DNA of 64,000 nt from Octopus sinensis. Its lineage: Eukaryota. Under the pieces are notes generated by a model. It saw nothing but the letters and a program-made list of their open reading frames with translations. It had not been told where the DNA came from and ran no database searches. The position numbers and the translations under genes are program-made. Each line of letters begins with the position of its first letter. The stretch's first letter is position 1. Positions 51,698 through 63,370 of this stretch are shown one piece after another. Location: assembly GCF_006345805.1 (NCBI RefSeq), contig NC_043009.1, forward strand, positions 18,352,001 to 18,416,000, read 5' to 3'.

Positions 51698-52221
51698 ACA
51701 CACACATATATATATATATGTAACTGAAGAAATATATATGATTTCTTCAATTGTACATAATTGAAGAAATTGAGTCAACAATTCTTCACAGAATATACGT
51801 ATCTAGTTTTTTTCATTCGCAAAATGTGCATTTTTAAAAAGACATTAAAAAATCTGAAAATTGGCTATAATAATAAAGTTTTCCAGTCTAATTGCTATGA
51901 AGGTATAATGTTGTGGAGAAAAAAAAATGGAGAAAAAGTTACAGAGGTTTAAAAATCAAAAAAATTGCGGTATCAACTTAAAAGCTGTACCCTATGAAAT
52001 TTATGGTTTAGTGTCTGTGAAATGATCTTTTCATTGTAGGTTTCTATATAAACAAAAATAGCTAATAAAATCAACATTTATCATCATACTGTTTCTTTTG
52101 TCTCTTCATTGATTGTATGTTTTTATTATTTTTTAAAATTTGTTATATTAATATATTTACTTTATGCCTATTTCAGTGTTATGCATACCTGTCATGTATT
52201 TGAGTACATATATAAGTGCAT

Positions 52222-52267
<46 letters not shown>

Positions 52268-52272
52268 TGTGT

Positions 52273-52318
<46 letters not shown>

Positions 52319-52914
52319 AACGTTTTCATGAGTAACGTTTTCATGATTGGATTTGTAAACTACGATAAGAATAATACTGGTCAACAAAGAATTTATCCGA
52401 AGAAAAAGAATACTTGTATCTTATAATGTTTTTGCATGCAGAATTCAAAAGTAATGTCAAGTTATCTGTACTAAGATCACGTATTCCATACACCTTCATA
52501 ATGCCAAAGAAACTTGTATTAACATCGCAAATAACTTTTGCTATATATGAAAAATATGGAAAATATTAAGACAGTTGACGAAAAATATCTATTATAAAAT
52601 TCTAATTCATAACTATAAATTTTTATCAAAGCAGAACACGCGGGTGAAATAAATCTCGTTGTGTGAAGAATCAACACAAGCGGGTGAAACATGGTAACAA
52701 GCTGTTAATGCTTCGCTGTCTGCTGATTACCCAAATTTCCCAACTTTAATTCCAAATAACATCAGATTCTTTAATTTGCAAGATAAAGTAAATGGTTGAT
52801 CGTAATCAACATTCAGAGTTGCATTGATACACCAAACTTGAAAGCAATCGGAGCAAACTTCGACGGGGCTGATTTTGCGAATGAGTACATCCGAATATAC
52901 CATATATATTCTTT

Positions 52915-53134
52915 TATTCTTTTATTTGTTTCAGTTATTTGGCTGCGGCCATGCTGGAGCAACGCCTTTAGAGGAAAAAATAGACCCCGGGACTAATTGT
53001 TTGTAAGCCTAGTACTTATTCTATCGGATCTCTTGGCGAACCGCTAAGTTACGGGGACGTAAACACACCAACCTCAGTTGTCAAGCGATGGTGGGGGGGG
53101 GAAACAAACACAGGCACACAAACATACATACACA

Positions 53135-53183
<49 letters not shown>

Positions 53184-53410
53184 GTGTTTGTGTGTGTGTT
53201 TATGTATATATATATATATATGTATGTGTGTATGTATGTATATATATATGATGGGCTTCTTTCAGTTTCCAGCTGCTAAATCTACTCACAAGACTTTGGT
53301 CGGGCCGAGGCTATAGTAGAAGACATTTGTCCAAGGTGTCACGCAGTGGGACTAAACCCGAAACCATGTGGTAGGTAAGCAAGCTACTTACCACACACCC
53401 ACTCCTGCGC
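52915..53410 (-). mobile_element. Full-length SINE family A
   Basis: Reverse complement of 50380-50775. Confidence 0.9.
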
Positions 53411-53480
53411 CTGCACACACACACACACATACACAAACCCACAAACACACACAAACACACATATATATATACACACACAC

Positions 53481-53525
53481 ATGAGGTCCGATCAGTATGT
53501 ACCTGGACTGTTGCCATACTAAAGA
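53481..53525 (+). mobile_element. Mariner-type TIR, solo end
   Basis: ATGAGGTCCGATCAGTATGTACCTGGACTG resembles the TIR at 4105. Confidence 0.45.
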
Positions 53526-54204
53526 AGCTAAAGCACGCGGAATGCAGCCGCTTGGCACAGATTGGCCTTCAACTCTGCTGTGCACTAAGTTTTAACGTTC
53601 TACATCATATATATAGTAATATTGTGGGACTGTCATCTTTTTGTTACCAAATAAAAACACGGACTTCGTTCTTCACTTGTATATCGTTGTTCTTATTTTA
53701 TCTTATGTCCATTGTCTGGAAATCTTACGTCACACAGCTGTGACCTCTACAGAGACTTCCGTCTCACGTGTAGCCTCCTGTTCTGTTTAGTCCATTCTGT
53801 CTTTCTATAATGTGTATTGTTATCTGCGCATGCGTTTGTGTCTGTATCTGTGTGTGTGTGTATGTGTGTGCGCGTGTATATGTGTGTGCGTGTGTGTACA
53901 TGTGTCTATATGTTTTTGTGCGTGTTTGTGTGTGTGCGCGCACACGTGTGCCCATTTGTATGTGTTTTGTGTGTTTGTGTATGTATATGGGTTTGCTAAC
54001 TGTATTGTTTGCATCTGTACTTTTTATATAGATTATCTTTTTCCATTCATTTATTTACATATCTCTATTTCTTACATTTACCAGAAGTATGTGCATGTGT
54101 GTCTTTTGTGTGTTTATATCTGGGTTTATGTATTATAACAGTATAGTAATATCCGTTTCAACACACGATTTCACATCGGTAATTTTGCAAAGGAAATTTA
54201 TAAA

Positions 54205-54251
<47 letters not shown>

Positions 54252-54385
54252 ACACACATACACATACATTTAATTAATAATAAAAGGGTAAAATCAATCA
54301 ATTAAATTAATTAATTAATCAATCAATTAGTTAATAATTTTACCATGTAGATCGGTAAGTTGAAACAAATTTTATAGGTAAAATT

Positions 54386-54790
54386 ATACAAATATTTTAT
54401 AATTATAACCATAATTATAATTAGGGTTCAGCTAATTGCTTCACCATATACAGAATTTAGAAATAGGAGTTAAAAATTCCTTTTCTACTACTGTAAAAAT
54501 CTCCATGACAGTAACATACTTTTTTACGCTGGCAAAGAGAAAAACAATGAACCAACACGACCAGAATTAACTACATACGCGTTTCGAGATTAAAGTGTTT
54601 AAAAATTTACTTCTCTCTTCATTGATGAGAGAAGTAAGTAAATTTGGTTGCGTAAAAAAGTGTTACTGTCATGGAGATTTTTACAGTAATAGAAAAGGAA
54701 TTTTTAACTCCTGTTTCTAAATTCGATATGTGGTGAAGCAATTAACTGAACCCTAATTATATGTGTGTTTATAATTATAAAATATTGTAT
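54386..54790 (-). mobile_element. Fold-back PLE-like unit with hammerhead 3' half
   Basis: Arms of about 140 bp at 54386-54529 and 54650-54790. The loop on the minus strand has ATGA-A-GAG...CTC-GAAAC-GC-GTA (54576-54622). Confidence 0.75.
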
Positions 54791-55142
54791 ATATATACAG
54801 TATGCATGTGTGTGTGTGTGTGACAGAGAGTCAAAAGATTAGACCCAGATACACTCATAAGATGTTTTCTGTTTGGCTCTACTTTTTGAAATGTTACAAT
54901 TAAGTAAAAAATTTTAAATTTGGTATATTGATGTAATTTTTCACTCTGAATTTGATGTTATTCACGTGTTCAAGAAAAATTTTAGAAAACTGTTACACAG
55001 GTTTAAAGTTCCGTAATTTCTACCCAATCAGAAAAGAGGATTTGGAAGGTGGCATTTACAATGACAAAACATTCAACGATGGAAGTTTAATAAGTTTTAA
55101 TGAATAAAGTCATGTGAAATGTTGGAACAGGCCAGTAATACT

Positions 55143-55277
55143 CTTTTACTTGTTTCAGTCATTTGACTGCGGCCATGCTGGAGCACCGCCTTTAGTCGAG
55201 CAACTCGACCCCGGGACTTATTCTTTTTGTAAGCCCAGTACTTATTCTATCGGTCTCTTTTTGCCGAACCGCTAAGT
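55143..55277 (-). mobile_element. SINE family A 3' fragment
   Basis: TACTTGTTTCAGTCATTTGACTGCGGCCATGCTGGAGCACCGCC. Confidence 0.9.
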
Positions 55278-55331
55278 GAAAAATTACCAAAAAAAAAGAA
55301 AAGAAAAAGAGAAAAAGAAATTAAACGTTAA

Positions 55332-55367
<36 letters not shown>

Positions 55368-55406
55368 ACACACACATACACACATATATATATACATATA
55401 TATACA

Positions 55407-55456
<50 letters not shown>

Positions 55457-55460
<4 letters not shown>

Positions 55461-55530
55461 CCCGCGGAGGTATTGTTTTCAGTCGTGTTTGTTTGTTTGT
55501 TTGTCCGTGGACAAGATACCTCAAAAACCT
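55457..55530 (+). mobile_element. Possible Helentron-associated (HINE-like) 5' fragment
   Basis: TTACCCCCGCGGAGGTATTGTTTTCAGTCGTGTTTGTTTGTTTG resembles the hairpin plus (GTTT)n start of HINE/DINE-1-like elements; recognition only. Confidence 0.4.
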
Positions 55531-55655
55531 TACTGCTGTTGTTATTATTATTATTCCAGGCAGTGACCTGAATAATAATAATAACAACAACAAAAACAAC
55601 AACAGCAATAATAATAATAAGTATAACATCGAAAAATACCTTAGGTTCAAAATTT

Positions 55656-55697
55656 CACTGATGAAGGCTGGAGGGTATATCAGCCGAAACGTTGTGT
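55656..55697 (+). ncRNA. Minimal hammerhead motif in a PLE pLTR fragment (about 55620-55786)
   Basis: CTGATGA-A-GGCTG gagggtatat CAGCC-GAAAC-GTT-GTGT with palindromic AACGTT. Stem I is one nucleotide out of register. Confidence 0.65.
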
Positions 55698-56096
55698 TAG
55701 CAACAAACAAGATGAGGACAAATATACGTTAAATGTAAATAATGTAAATAATGTACATAATTGTTCATCTCCTAAATATAGAACTGCTTTTCTTTTTTAT
55801 ACTTTTTAAAAGACAACACTAGAATATCGTCTGAGAAAGCGCAACTGGATCGCATTATGCAAACAAACAGTTGCATGATGAAATAGCTGTATTCTTGGAG
55901 AACTACGTTGTGTCGAAAGAATGGCAGCGATTAATCAATTGACTCCAATTTCTTCAATTTTATATTCACACTCGACGAATGCCCAAATTTAAACTTGGGA
56001 ATATATAATAATACTACTGATAGTAATGAGTAATTTTGAAGGTGGATGAGCTTTATACTGTACTCTACAACGTTTCCAACAGAATATAACATAACG

Positions 56097-56146
<50 letters not shown>

Positions 56147-56271
56147 CTGCTCGCTTAGCCAGCGGGGTGGCGTCATTTGAAGGCTAAAACAATGCAAAGC
56201 GCATTGTGACCAGCGATGCGTAGCAACATCTGCTAGTCCGGTCGGTCACGGTGATCACGGTGATCACGTGA

Positions 56272-56318
<47 letters not shown>

Positions 56319-56740
56319 GTTAAACAGGACAACAATCGTTAAGGCAAGGCAAACATCTCAAGTTATATATATTATTATTATTATTGGAAAAAATTCAGTC
56401 TTGCAGCTGTTTCTGGGATATCCCAGAGTATGGGATATTCCATCATCAGAGACAAATAGGGAAAAATGAGGAGGAGGGTATAAATTAATGAAATGATGAC
56501 AAGAGGGCAGGAGTAAAGGAATAAGGAGATGAAGAGAGAGAAGAAAAAAGAAGCATAACAGTTTACAGTTCAGCTTCCCAATGTTGCAGAAATAAGTCCT
56601 TAGGTGCAATCCTGCGTAGATTAAAGTCCTGATATTGTAAACATCCCTAGTAATCTGTTACAGCACTTACCTAGCGTACCTAATCATTTAGATCACGTGT
56701 GAACTAAACCCCCATAAAAGTATGGCGGGTTAGTTCACAC

Positions 56741-56776
<36 letters not shown>

Positions 56777-56852
56777 AAATATTAGGGAATAAATCCAAAT
56801 TTACAGGGAAAAATCAGATTTAGTATTGAATCCAATTTTATAGTAAAATATT

Positions 56853-57092
56853 ATAGAATATTAATTAGAGACCAAACCACTATTTTGTAAATCAAACAAG
56901 GAAAGACTTAATCACTACATAAAAAATTTTAATATAAAGTAAATAAATGACTTCATAACTTTAAGATTGAATGGAAGATATGAAATCCACCTGATGAATG
57001 TCATTTGAAGACAGGAAACAATTGTAGTGGCGATTTATTTACTTTATATTAAAATTTTTTATGTAGTGATTTTGTCTCTAATTAATATTCTA
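56853..57092 (+). mobile_element. Fold-back PLE-like unit with central hammerhead (56987-57030)
   Basis: Arms AATCACTACATAAAAAATTTTAATATAAAGTAAATAAAT / ATTTATTTACTTTATATTAAAATTTTTTATGTAGTGATT, and TAGAATATTAATTAGAGAC / GTCTCTAATTAATATTCTA. Confidence 0.85.
56987..57030 (+). ncRNA. Minimal type I hammerhead ribozyme
   Basis: CCAC-CTGATGA-A-TGTC atttgaa GACA-G-GAAAC-AATT-GTA-GTGG. Confidence 0.8.
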
Positions 57093-57103
57093 TATATATA
57101 TAT

Positions 57104-57395
57104 ATATTCTGTTGTGTCTGGGAAGAGTCATTTTCTTTTTGGCCTTATAATGTAACACACTCACCGGTAAAATTTCCACTTATTTCTTATTTTTATTTTC
57201 CTAAAATTTTCGTTGCGTCTTGCAACCTTTTCAATTGTCTTGACTCTGTCCGTTCAAGACTATTGAAAAGGTTGCAAGACGCAACGAAAATTTTAGGAAA
57301 ATAAAAATTAAGAAATAATTGGAAATTTTACCGGTGAATATGTGACATTATAAGGCACAACAAGAAAATGACTCTTCCCAGATACAACAGAATAT
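57104..57395. repeat. About 140-bp-arm palindrome with 10-nt loop
   Basis: 57104-57243 is about 90% identical (by eye) to the reverse complement of 57254-57395; loop CTCTGTCCGT. Confidence 0.95.
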
Positions 57396-57521
57396 GCTTC
57401 AACACACGAACTCATATAAAGAATCTTGCAAACCAAAGCCAAACATTAAGTGGCAAATCATACATAAAAAATACCATAAGATATTACCGTTTACTATTAC
57501 CTAATAATAATAATTATATAC

Positions 57522-57586
<65 letters not shown>

Positions 57587-58338
57587 CATTTAAAACCTTG
57601 TGGATATTAGCTTTTATAAATTTCAAATGCGAAACAGCTTTTCTGAATTATGAAGGAAGGTGAAAGAAATCTGAAAGTATGACGTTAATCAGGCCAGTTG
57701 TTCACAATGGCTGAATTAATCCATAACACAATACACATAAAAGATGGTGAAAGTAAGTAATGAGCTAATGAGGAATATAGGAAGGATGATAGTGCATCTA
57801 TGAGAGAAGGTGAGAACGCTGTTGTTGTTGTTGTTGTTGCTGCTGCTGATGATGATGATGATGATGATAATGATGATGACAACGACCATGATAGCAAAGA
57901 AACCATGGATAAGAAGACTAAGAAGAACAAGAAAGAGAACAAAGAAAAGAAGACAAGAAATGAAGGCATTAAGAACTACAACAATAGACACCAATGTTAT
58001 GTACGGTCGAGGTATATTTGCATGCGCGCGCATGTTTGGATGATTGCATGTCTAGATTCACACACGCACACTCGACGGGTATTCAGCAAATGCGTCACGA
58101 AAACAGCAAATGTTAACATTGTACAATAACGAAGTTCATTTGGGTGCATAGTGCTTGGTCTGTATGTGGGAAAGAATGTGGGGATTGTATATATGTGTGT
58201 GTGTGTGTGTGTGTGTGCGTCTGCAAAGATGAGTGTGTAATGAGATTCATAGTTTCACCAACACCGCTATCTAATTTCGTCATCAATCTCCCATCTATTA
58301 CATTAGTATTTATGCTCATGATCACCAGCTATTAAACT

Positions 58339-58397
<59 letters not shown>

Positions 58398-59327
58398 TAC
58401 TACTAAGACAATCATATATTCTTTGCGTGCGATTTGGGTTCGAGACCTGTTGAAACTAATTTCCTGTGTTGCAAATAAACTTAATATGCGTTGAATTTGA
58501 AAACTCCAATATTTCGTACCTGCAAGAACAAGTACCTTTGCAGCCTTTGTATTACTGCTCAATGTCCTATAATGTTTTGAAATGACTGACAAATTCGAGA
58601 ACTTCAGTTAGTGTATCTGGACTAATTCACTGAATAGAACCCACTCCTCTGCAATTATTCAAGGCAAGCTTATAAAACTTCTGTTGGCATACCAATATCG
58701 ATACTTATACTACTCGGTGATATTTATTTACATATAGATTAATGAACTGGTCATATCAACGATAAAAGTTTTCTTTTCACTTTGGCCAGTAATGATAGCA
58801 ATAGTCAAACTAATAGCATCTCAGCTACAAGTTTTGCACACTTTCGAATAACCTGTTCTTCATACAGATGAGTGACTGACACTAAAGTAATACTATTAAT
58901 TATTTTAGCAAGAAAAATCAGGATTATTGTTGCTTTATATATTGGATGAATAACTGTAGATATGGCTTAGTGGTTAAGAAGTTTGCTTTGCAGTTATTAG
59001 TTTCCCAGTTCGATCCCACAGCAAGCGTTGCTTCATTAGCTTCCGTTTGAATAATACACTATTAGTAGAAGTTGTTTGATAGAAACACACATACACATAC
59101 ATATAAATGTATATATCAAGAAAGAAATGAACGCAAATCGGAAGACAACACAGGAGGGACAAGGTTTAATAAATACAGTATAATCTTAACGCTTATAGAA
59201 GGAAAAGAGTCTTGACGTTTTGGATGCTTTTCTTTCATCAAAAGAAAATACAAGAGAAAATGTACTGGAGAAGGGTGGAAAAAAATGTATTGGAGAAAAA
59301 AATCGTGTGATCGTGGATAAGGACCAA

Positions 59328-59329
<2 letters not shown>

Positions 59330-59372
<43 letters not shown>

Positions 59373-60011
59373 TGTTCTTTTATTCTTTTACTTGTTTCAG
59401 ACATTTGACTACGGCCATGCTGGAGCACCGGCTTTAGTGGAACAAATTGACCACGGGTCTAATTCTTTGTAAGCCTAGTACTTATTCTATCGGTTTATTT
59501 TGACCAACCGCTAAGTTACGGGGATGTAAACACACCAACACTGGTTGTCAAGCGATAGTGGTGGGGACAAACACAGACTTTTTACTTTTACATTACTTAT
59601 CCACCATGTTACCCACATGCTGAAGAAGCTCCATGTTCCTGATCGGATGTATTACCAAATATGATGAATATTATTTTTAGAATTTTCAGTGGCAACACCA
59701 TACAACATTGGAAGCGGAAACAGCTGTTAGATGGGATGCAGTCTATTTGTATTGAATTAAAAAATAATAATTGATGTAAGTCAATCGTTGTTGATCATAT
59801 TTTCTCCATTTTCTGTTTACTTTAAATTTTATTCCTGATAAACTCATGTTTATCTTGTCATTACCTGTAACCAATGAGTATAATACGCATGTGTTAACCC
59901 TATCCAGGGTTAACACAGGTAATTATACCGGTTGTATAACGTATATTTTAATCTCTTATACGGTTATTCCAACCTCTAACTCTACTAACCTATATATATA
60001 TATTAAGACTT

Positions 60012-60062
<51 letters not shown>

Positions 60063-60225
60063 TATATAAATATATTTTAAAGTATTAATTTGAAAGAGAC
60101 AACTTTCACGGTCTATAATACTCCTCATCAATGAGGAGTATTACTGACCTTGGAACTTGTCTCTTTCAAATTGAGCCGTACGTTGTGGTTTCTTGAAAAG
60201 AGTTCACCTCTTTAATTTTTCATTA

Positions 60226-60284
<59 letters not shown>

Positions 60285-60941
60285 GTTCTTTTATTCTTTT
60301 ACTTGTTTCAGACATTTGACTACGGCCATGCTGGAGCACCGGCTTTAGTGGAACAAATTGACCACGGGTCTAATTCTTTGTAAGCCTAGTACTTATTCTA
60401 TCGGTTTATTTTGACCAACCGCTAAGTTACGGGGATGTAAACACACCAACACTGGTTGTCAAGCGATAGTGGTGGGGACAAACACAGACTTTTTACTTTT
60501 ACATTACTTATCCACCATGTTACCCACATGCTGAAGAAGCTCCATGTTCCTGATCGGATGTATTACCAAATATGATGAATATTATTTTTAGAATTTTCAG
60601 TGGCAACACCATACAACATTGGAAGCGGAAACAGCTGTTAGATGGGATGCAGTCTATTTGTATTGAATTAAAAAATAATAATTGATGTAAGTCAATCGTT
60701 GTTGATCAATATTTCTCCATTTTCTGTTTACTTTAAATTTTATTCCTGATAAACTCATGTTTATCTTTGTCATTACCTGTAACCAATGAGTATAATACGC
60801 ATGTGTTAACCCTATCCAGGGTTAACACAGGTAATTATACCGGTTGTATAACGTATATTTTAATCTCTTATACGGTTATTCCAACCTCTAACTCTACTAA
60901 CCTATATATATATATTAAGACTTTAACACACACACAACACA

Positions 60942-60976
<35 letters not shown>

Positions 60977-61139
60977 TATATAAATATATTTTAAAGTATT
61001 AATTTGAAAGAGACAACTTTCACGGTCTATAATACTCCTCATCAATGAGGAGTATTACTGACCTTGGAACTTGTCTCTTTCAAATTGAGCCGTACGTTGT
61101 GGTTTCTTGAAAAGAGTTCACCTCTTTAATTTTTCATTA

Positions 61140-61190
<51 letters not shown>
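59330..61190. repeat. Near-identical tandem duplication, period about 911 bp
   Basis: 59372-60225 is repeated at 60283-61140. Differences are mainly 1-nt homopolymer indels and (CA)n length; units are bounded by (TA)n. Each unit holds a SINE A 3' part, a pLTR with HHR and a small fold-back. Confidence 0.95.
59612..59735 (+). ncRNA. Hammerhead motif with long stem II insert (duplicate at 60523-60646)
   Basis: CTGAAGA-A-GCTCCA...TGGAAGC-G-GAAAC-AGCT-GTT-AGATGGG; stem I is degenerate. Confidence 0.55.
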
Positions 61191-61195
<5 letters not shown>

Positions 61196-61197
<2 letters not shown>

Positions 61198-61302
61198 CAA
61201 AATAAGCAACAGGATATCAAGAGGTGATGCAGTACGACAGTTTCAAACGGCTCGAAACGGTCGTACTGCATCACCTCTTGATATGCTGTAGCTTATTTTG
61301 AT
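61196..61302. mobile_element. Short fold-back with hammerhead 3' half
   Basis: 43-bp arms at 61196-61238 and 61260-61302. CTC-GAAAC-GGTC-GTA-CTGC spans the loop/arm junction. Same family as 23415-23787. Confidence 0.8.
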
Positions 61303-61469
61303 TTTATTCATTTTTGAGTTGTACGGTTAATATCGCACTGACTTGGTGTTTCAACTTAAGTTCCTAATTCAACTGAATCTCAAGTGATTTCACAAAATGT
61401 GTGTTGCTTTTGCTTTTGCTTTTTGAAGTGCAAGCGCTTTCAGTTCTTAACGTTTTCAAGGCCCTATCC

Positions 61470-62260
61470 AATACTCTTCTTCTTTCCACCATGTGAACTT
61501 ATTCTTCTCCCACTTTTTAAAAAGACTATTCCCCACCACCAACTCCTGCTCCATACACATTTCCAACAACCTCCTCCTTCCACTCTCATTCCGACCAGGA
61601 ACTCCATAGTTTCCTGCTACACTTCCTACTTCCTCGTTTCCCACTCGCGCATTCAAATCACCTTATAGCCACTTTTCCTACCCTATTCACATAGCCACTT
61701 TCCCCACTCTATCCTCACACTGTGTCAGTTTCCTCTGGAACCCTTCTACTTCTTCTTCCCTCCTGTCACTTCCTGGACCATATACACTAAAAAACCACCC
61801 ATACCTCTCCTTTGCACCTCATCTTAACCCACATTAACCTTGAAGACACTTCCCTCCACTCCACCACGTTCTTCTGCTCACCATCAATGCCACTCTCTCA
61901 CGAGCCCTCTTCCTCCCACTCCCGACACACGTCCAGTCACATCACCAAATTGGTACTCTCCTTTACCTTTTATCTTAGTTTCGCTTAGTGCCAGCACATC
62001 CATCCTTCTTATCATCAAACTCCATATCTCCCGCCTCTTTACCTCACTTGTACTACACCCACGCACATTCCATACCCTAGTCCTTGGTGAGATTAGGTGT
62101 TAACCTTCTCCCACCCCTTGTCTTTTTCTTGTCTTTTTAGGCATATGAAATTACTAGGGGGAGCGGATTCCCAGTCTCTTCGCCCCCCCCCCTTTAGTTG
62201 CCTCTTACGCCACGCAGGGAATACGGCGACTGTATTCTACTGCCCCCCCCCAGTCGCAAG
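61470..62260 (-). mobile_element. RTE-clade LINE 5' end: structured 5' UTR and APE endonuclease
   Basis: NVRGCSTSEVKRREI...MDVLALSETKIKGKGE and LNARVGNEEVGSVAGNYGVPGRNESGRR...LVVGNSLFKK are APE domain motifs. Confidence 0.85.
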
Positions 62261-62835
62261 GGAGATTTGCTAGTTAACCCATAGCTGGGACCCTTACAGG
62301 TGTTACCACTCCAGCCTAGAGCAGACCTGGGAACAATACTGGCTAAGAGCTGGTTCCACACTCTTCAAACCGGATGTAGTTTATAGTCATACCCAAAGCT
62401 ATAACCAAGCGTTGAAACCGTGTTCAATTATGAAGTGAATTAGCCTATACTAAGAATTGAAACTGAACTCTCTCTTGCTCTACGGCAGTGCGTGACAACA
62501 GCAATAGCAGCAATAACATCAACAATAGTAGTAAGTAAAAAAGTGCTCAGCGCTGGAATGTAATTCAAGATGGATTAAAGACGGATTAAGAGTTAATCCT
62601 TGCTGCAGGTGGTGGGATATTTAGGTCAAAATTAACAGTGGGTTTTTACGGGAGATTTAGGTCAGTTATTTTCTTACATCTTTGTTAATAGTGTTAACGT
62701 GTTGGTGCTAGTGGTGGCAAATGTAAGTATAATGGTTGTGGAGTTAGTGCGGAATGTTAGAAGTGCTAGTGATGGTAGTGCTGGGAACTCTCAAGGTAGT
62801 ATTGGTGCCGTTGGTGGCGGAATCAGTAGCACGAA

Positions 62836-62901
<66 letters not shown>

Positions 62902-62982
62902 TGAAGAATGATATCGCCGTTCGCATTCGTTCTTATTGTTATATTTGTAGTTATTGAGGCACCAAAGACGGTTAGAAATATT

Positions 62983-63370
62983 CTTTTCTACTCAAGGCAC
63001 AAGACCCAAACGTTTTGGAGAGTGGGGCCAGTCGATTAGATCGATCCAATACGCAGCTAGTACTTAATTTATCGACTCCGAAAGAATGAAAGGCAAAGTC
63101 AACCTCGGCGAAATTTGAACTCAGATAAACGAAATACCTATTTCTTTACTACCCACAAGGGGCCAAACACAGAGAGGACAAACAAGGACACATAAACGGA
63201 TTAAGTCGATTACATCGACCCCAGCGCGTGATGGTACTTAATTTATCGACCCCGAAAGGATGAAAGGCAAAGTCAACCTCGGCGGAATTTGAACTCAGAA
63301 CGTAACGGCAGACGAAATACGGCTACGCATTTCGCTCGGCGTGCTAACGTTTCTGCCAGCTCGCCGCCTT
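62983..63370 (-). mobile_element. Full-length tRNA-derived SINE family B with target-site duplication
   Basis: Head GGCGGCGAGCTGGCAGAAACGTTAGC...GAGTTCAAATTCCGCC with a duplicated internal core. TSD GA(C/T)GGTTAGAAATATT at 62967-62982 and 63371-63386. Confidence 0.92.

Noticed and set aside
62172-62258. Definite HDV-like ribozyme call
   Set aside because: Only 10 nt lie between the putative P3 and P2 3' strand, too few for P1, P1.1, P4 and J4/2. Kept only as an unclassified structure.
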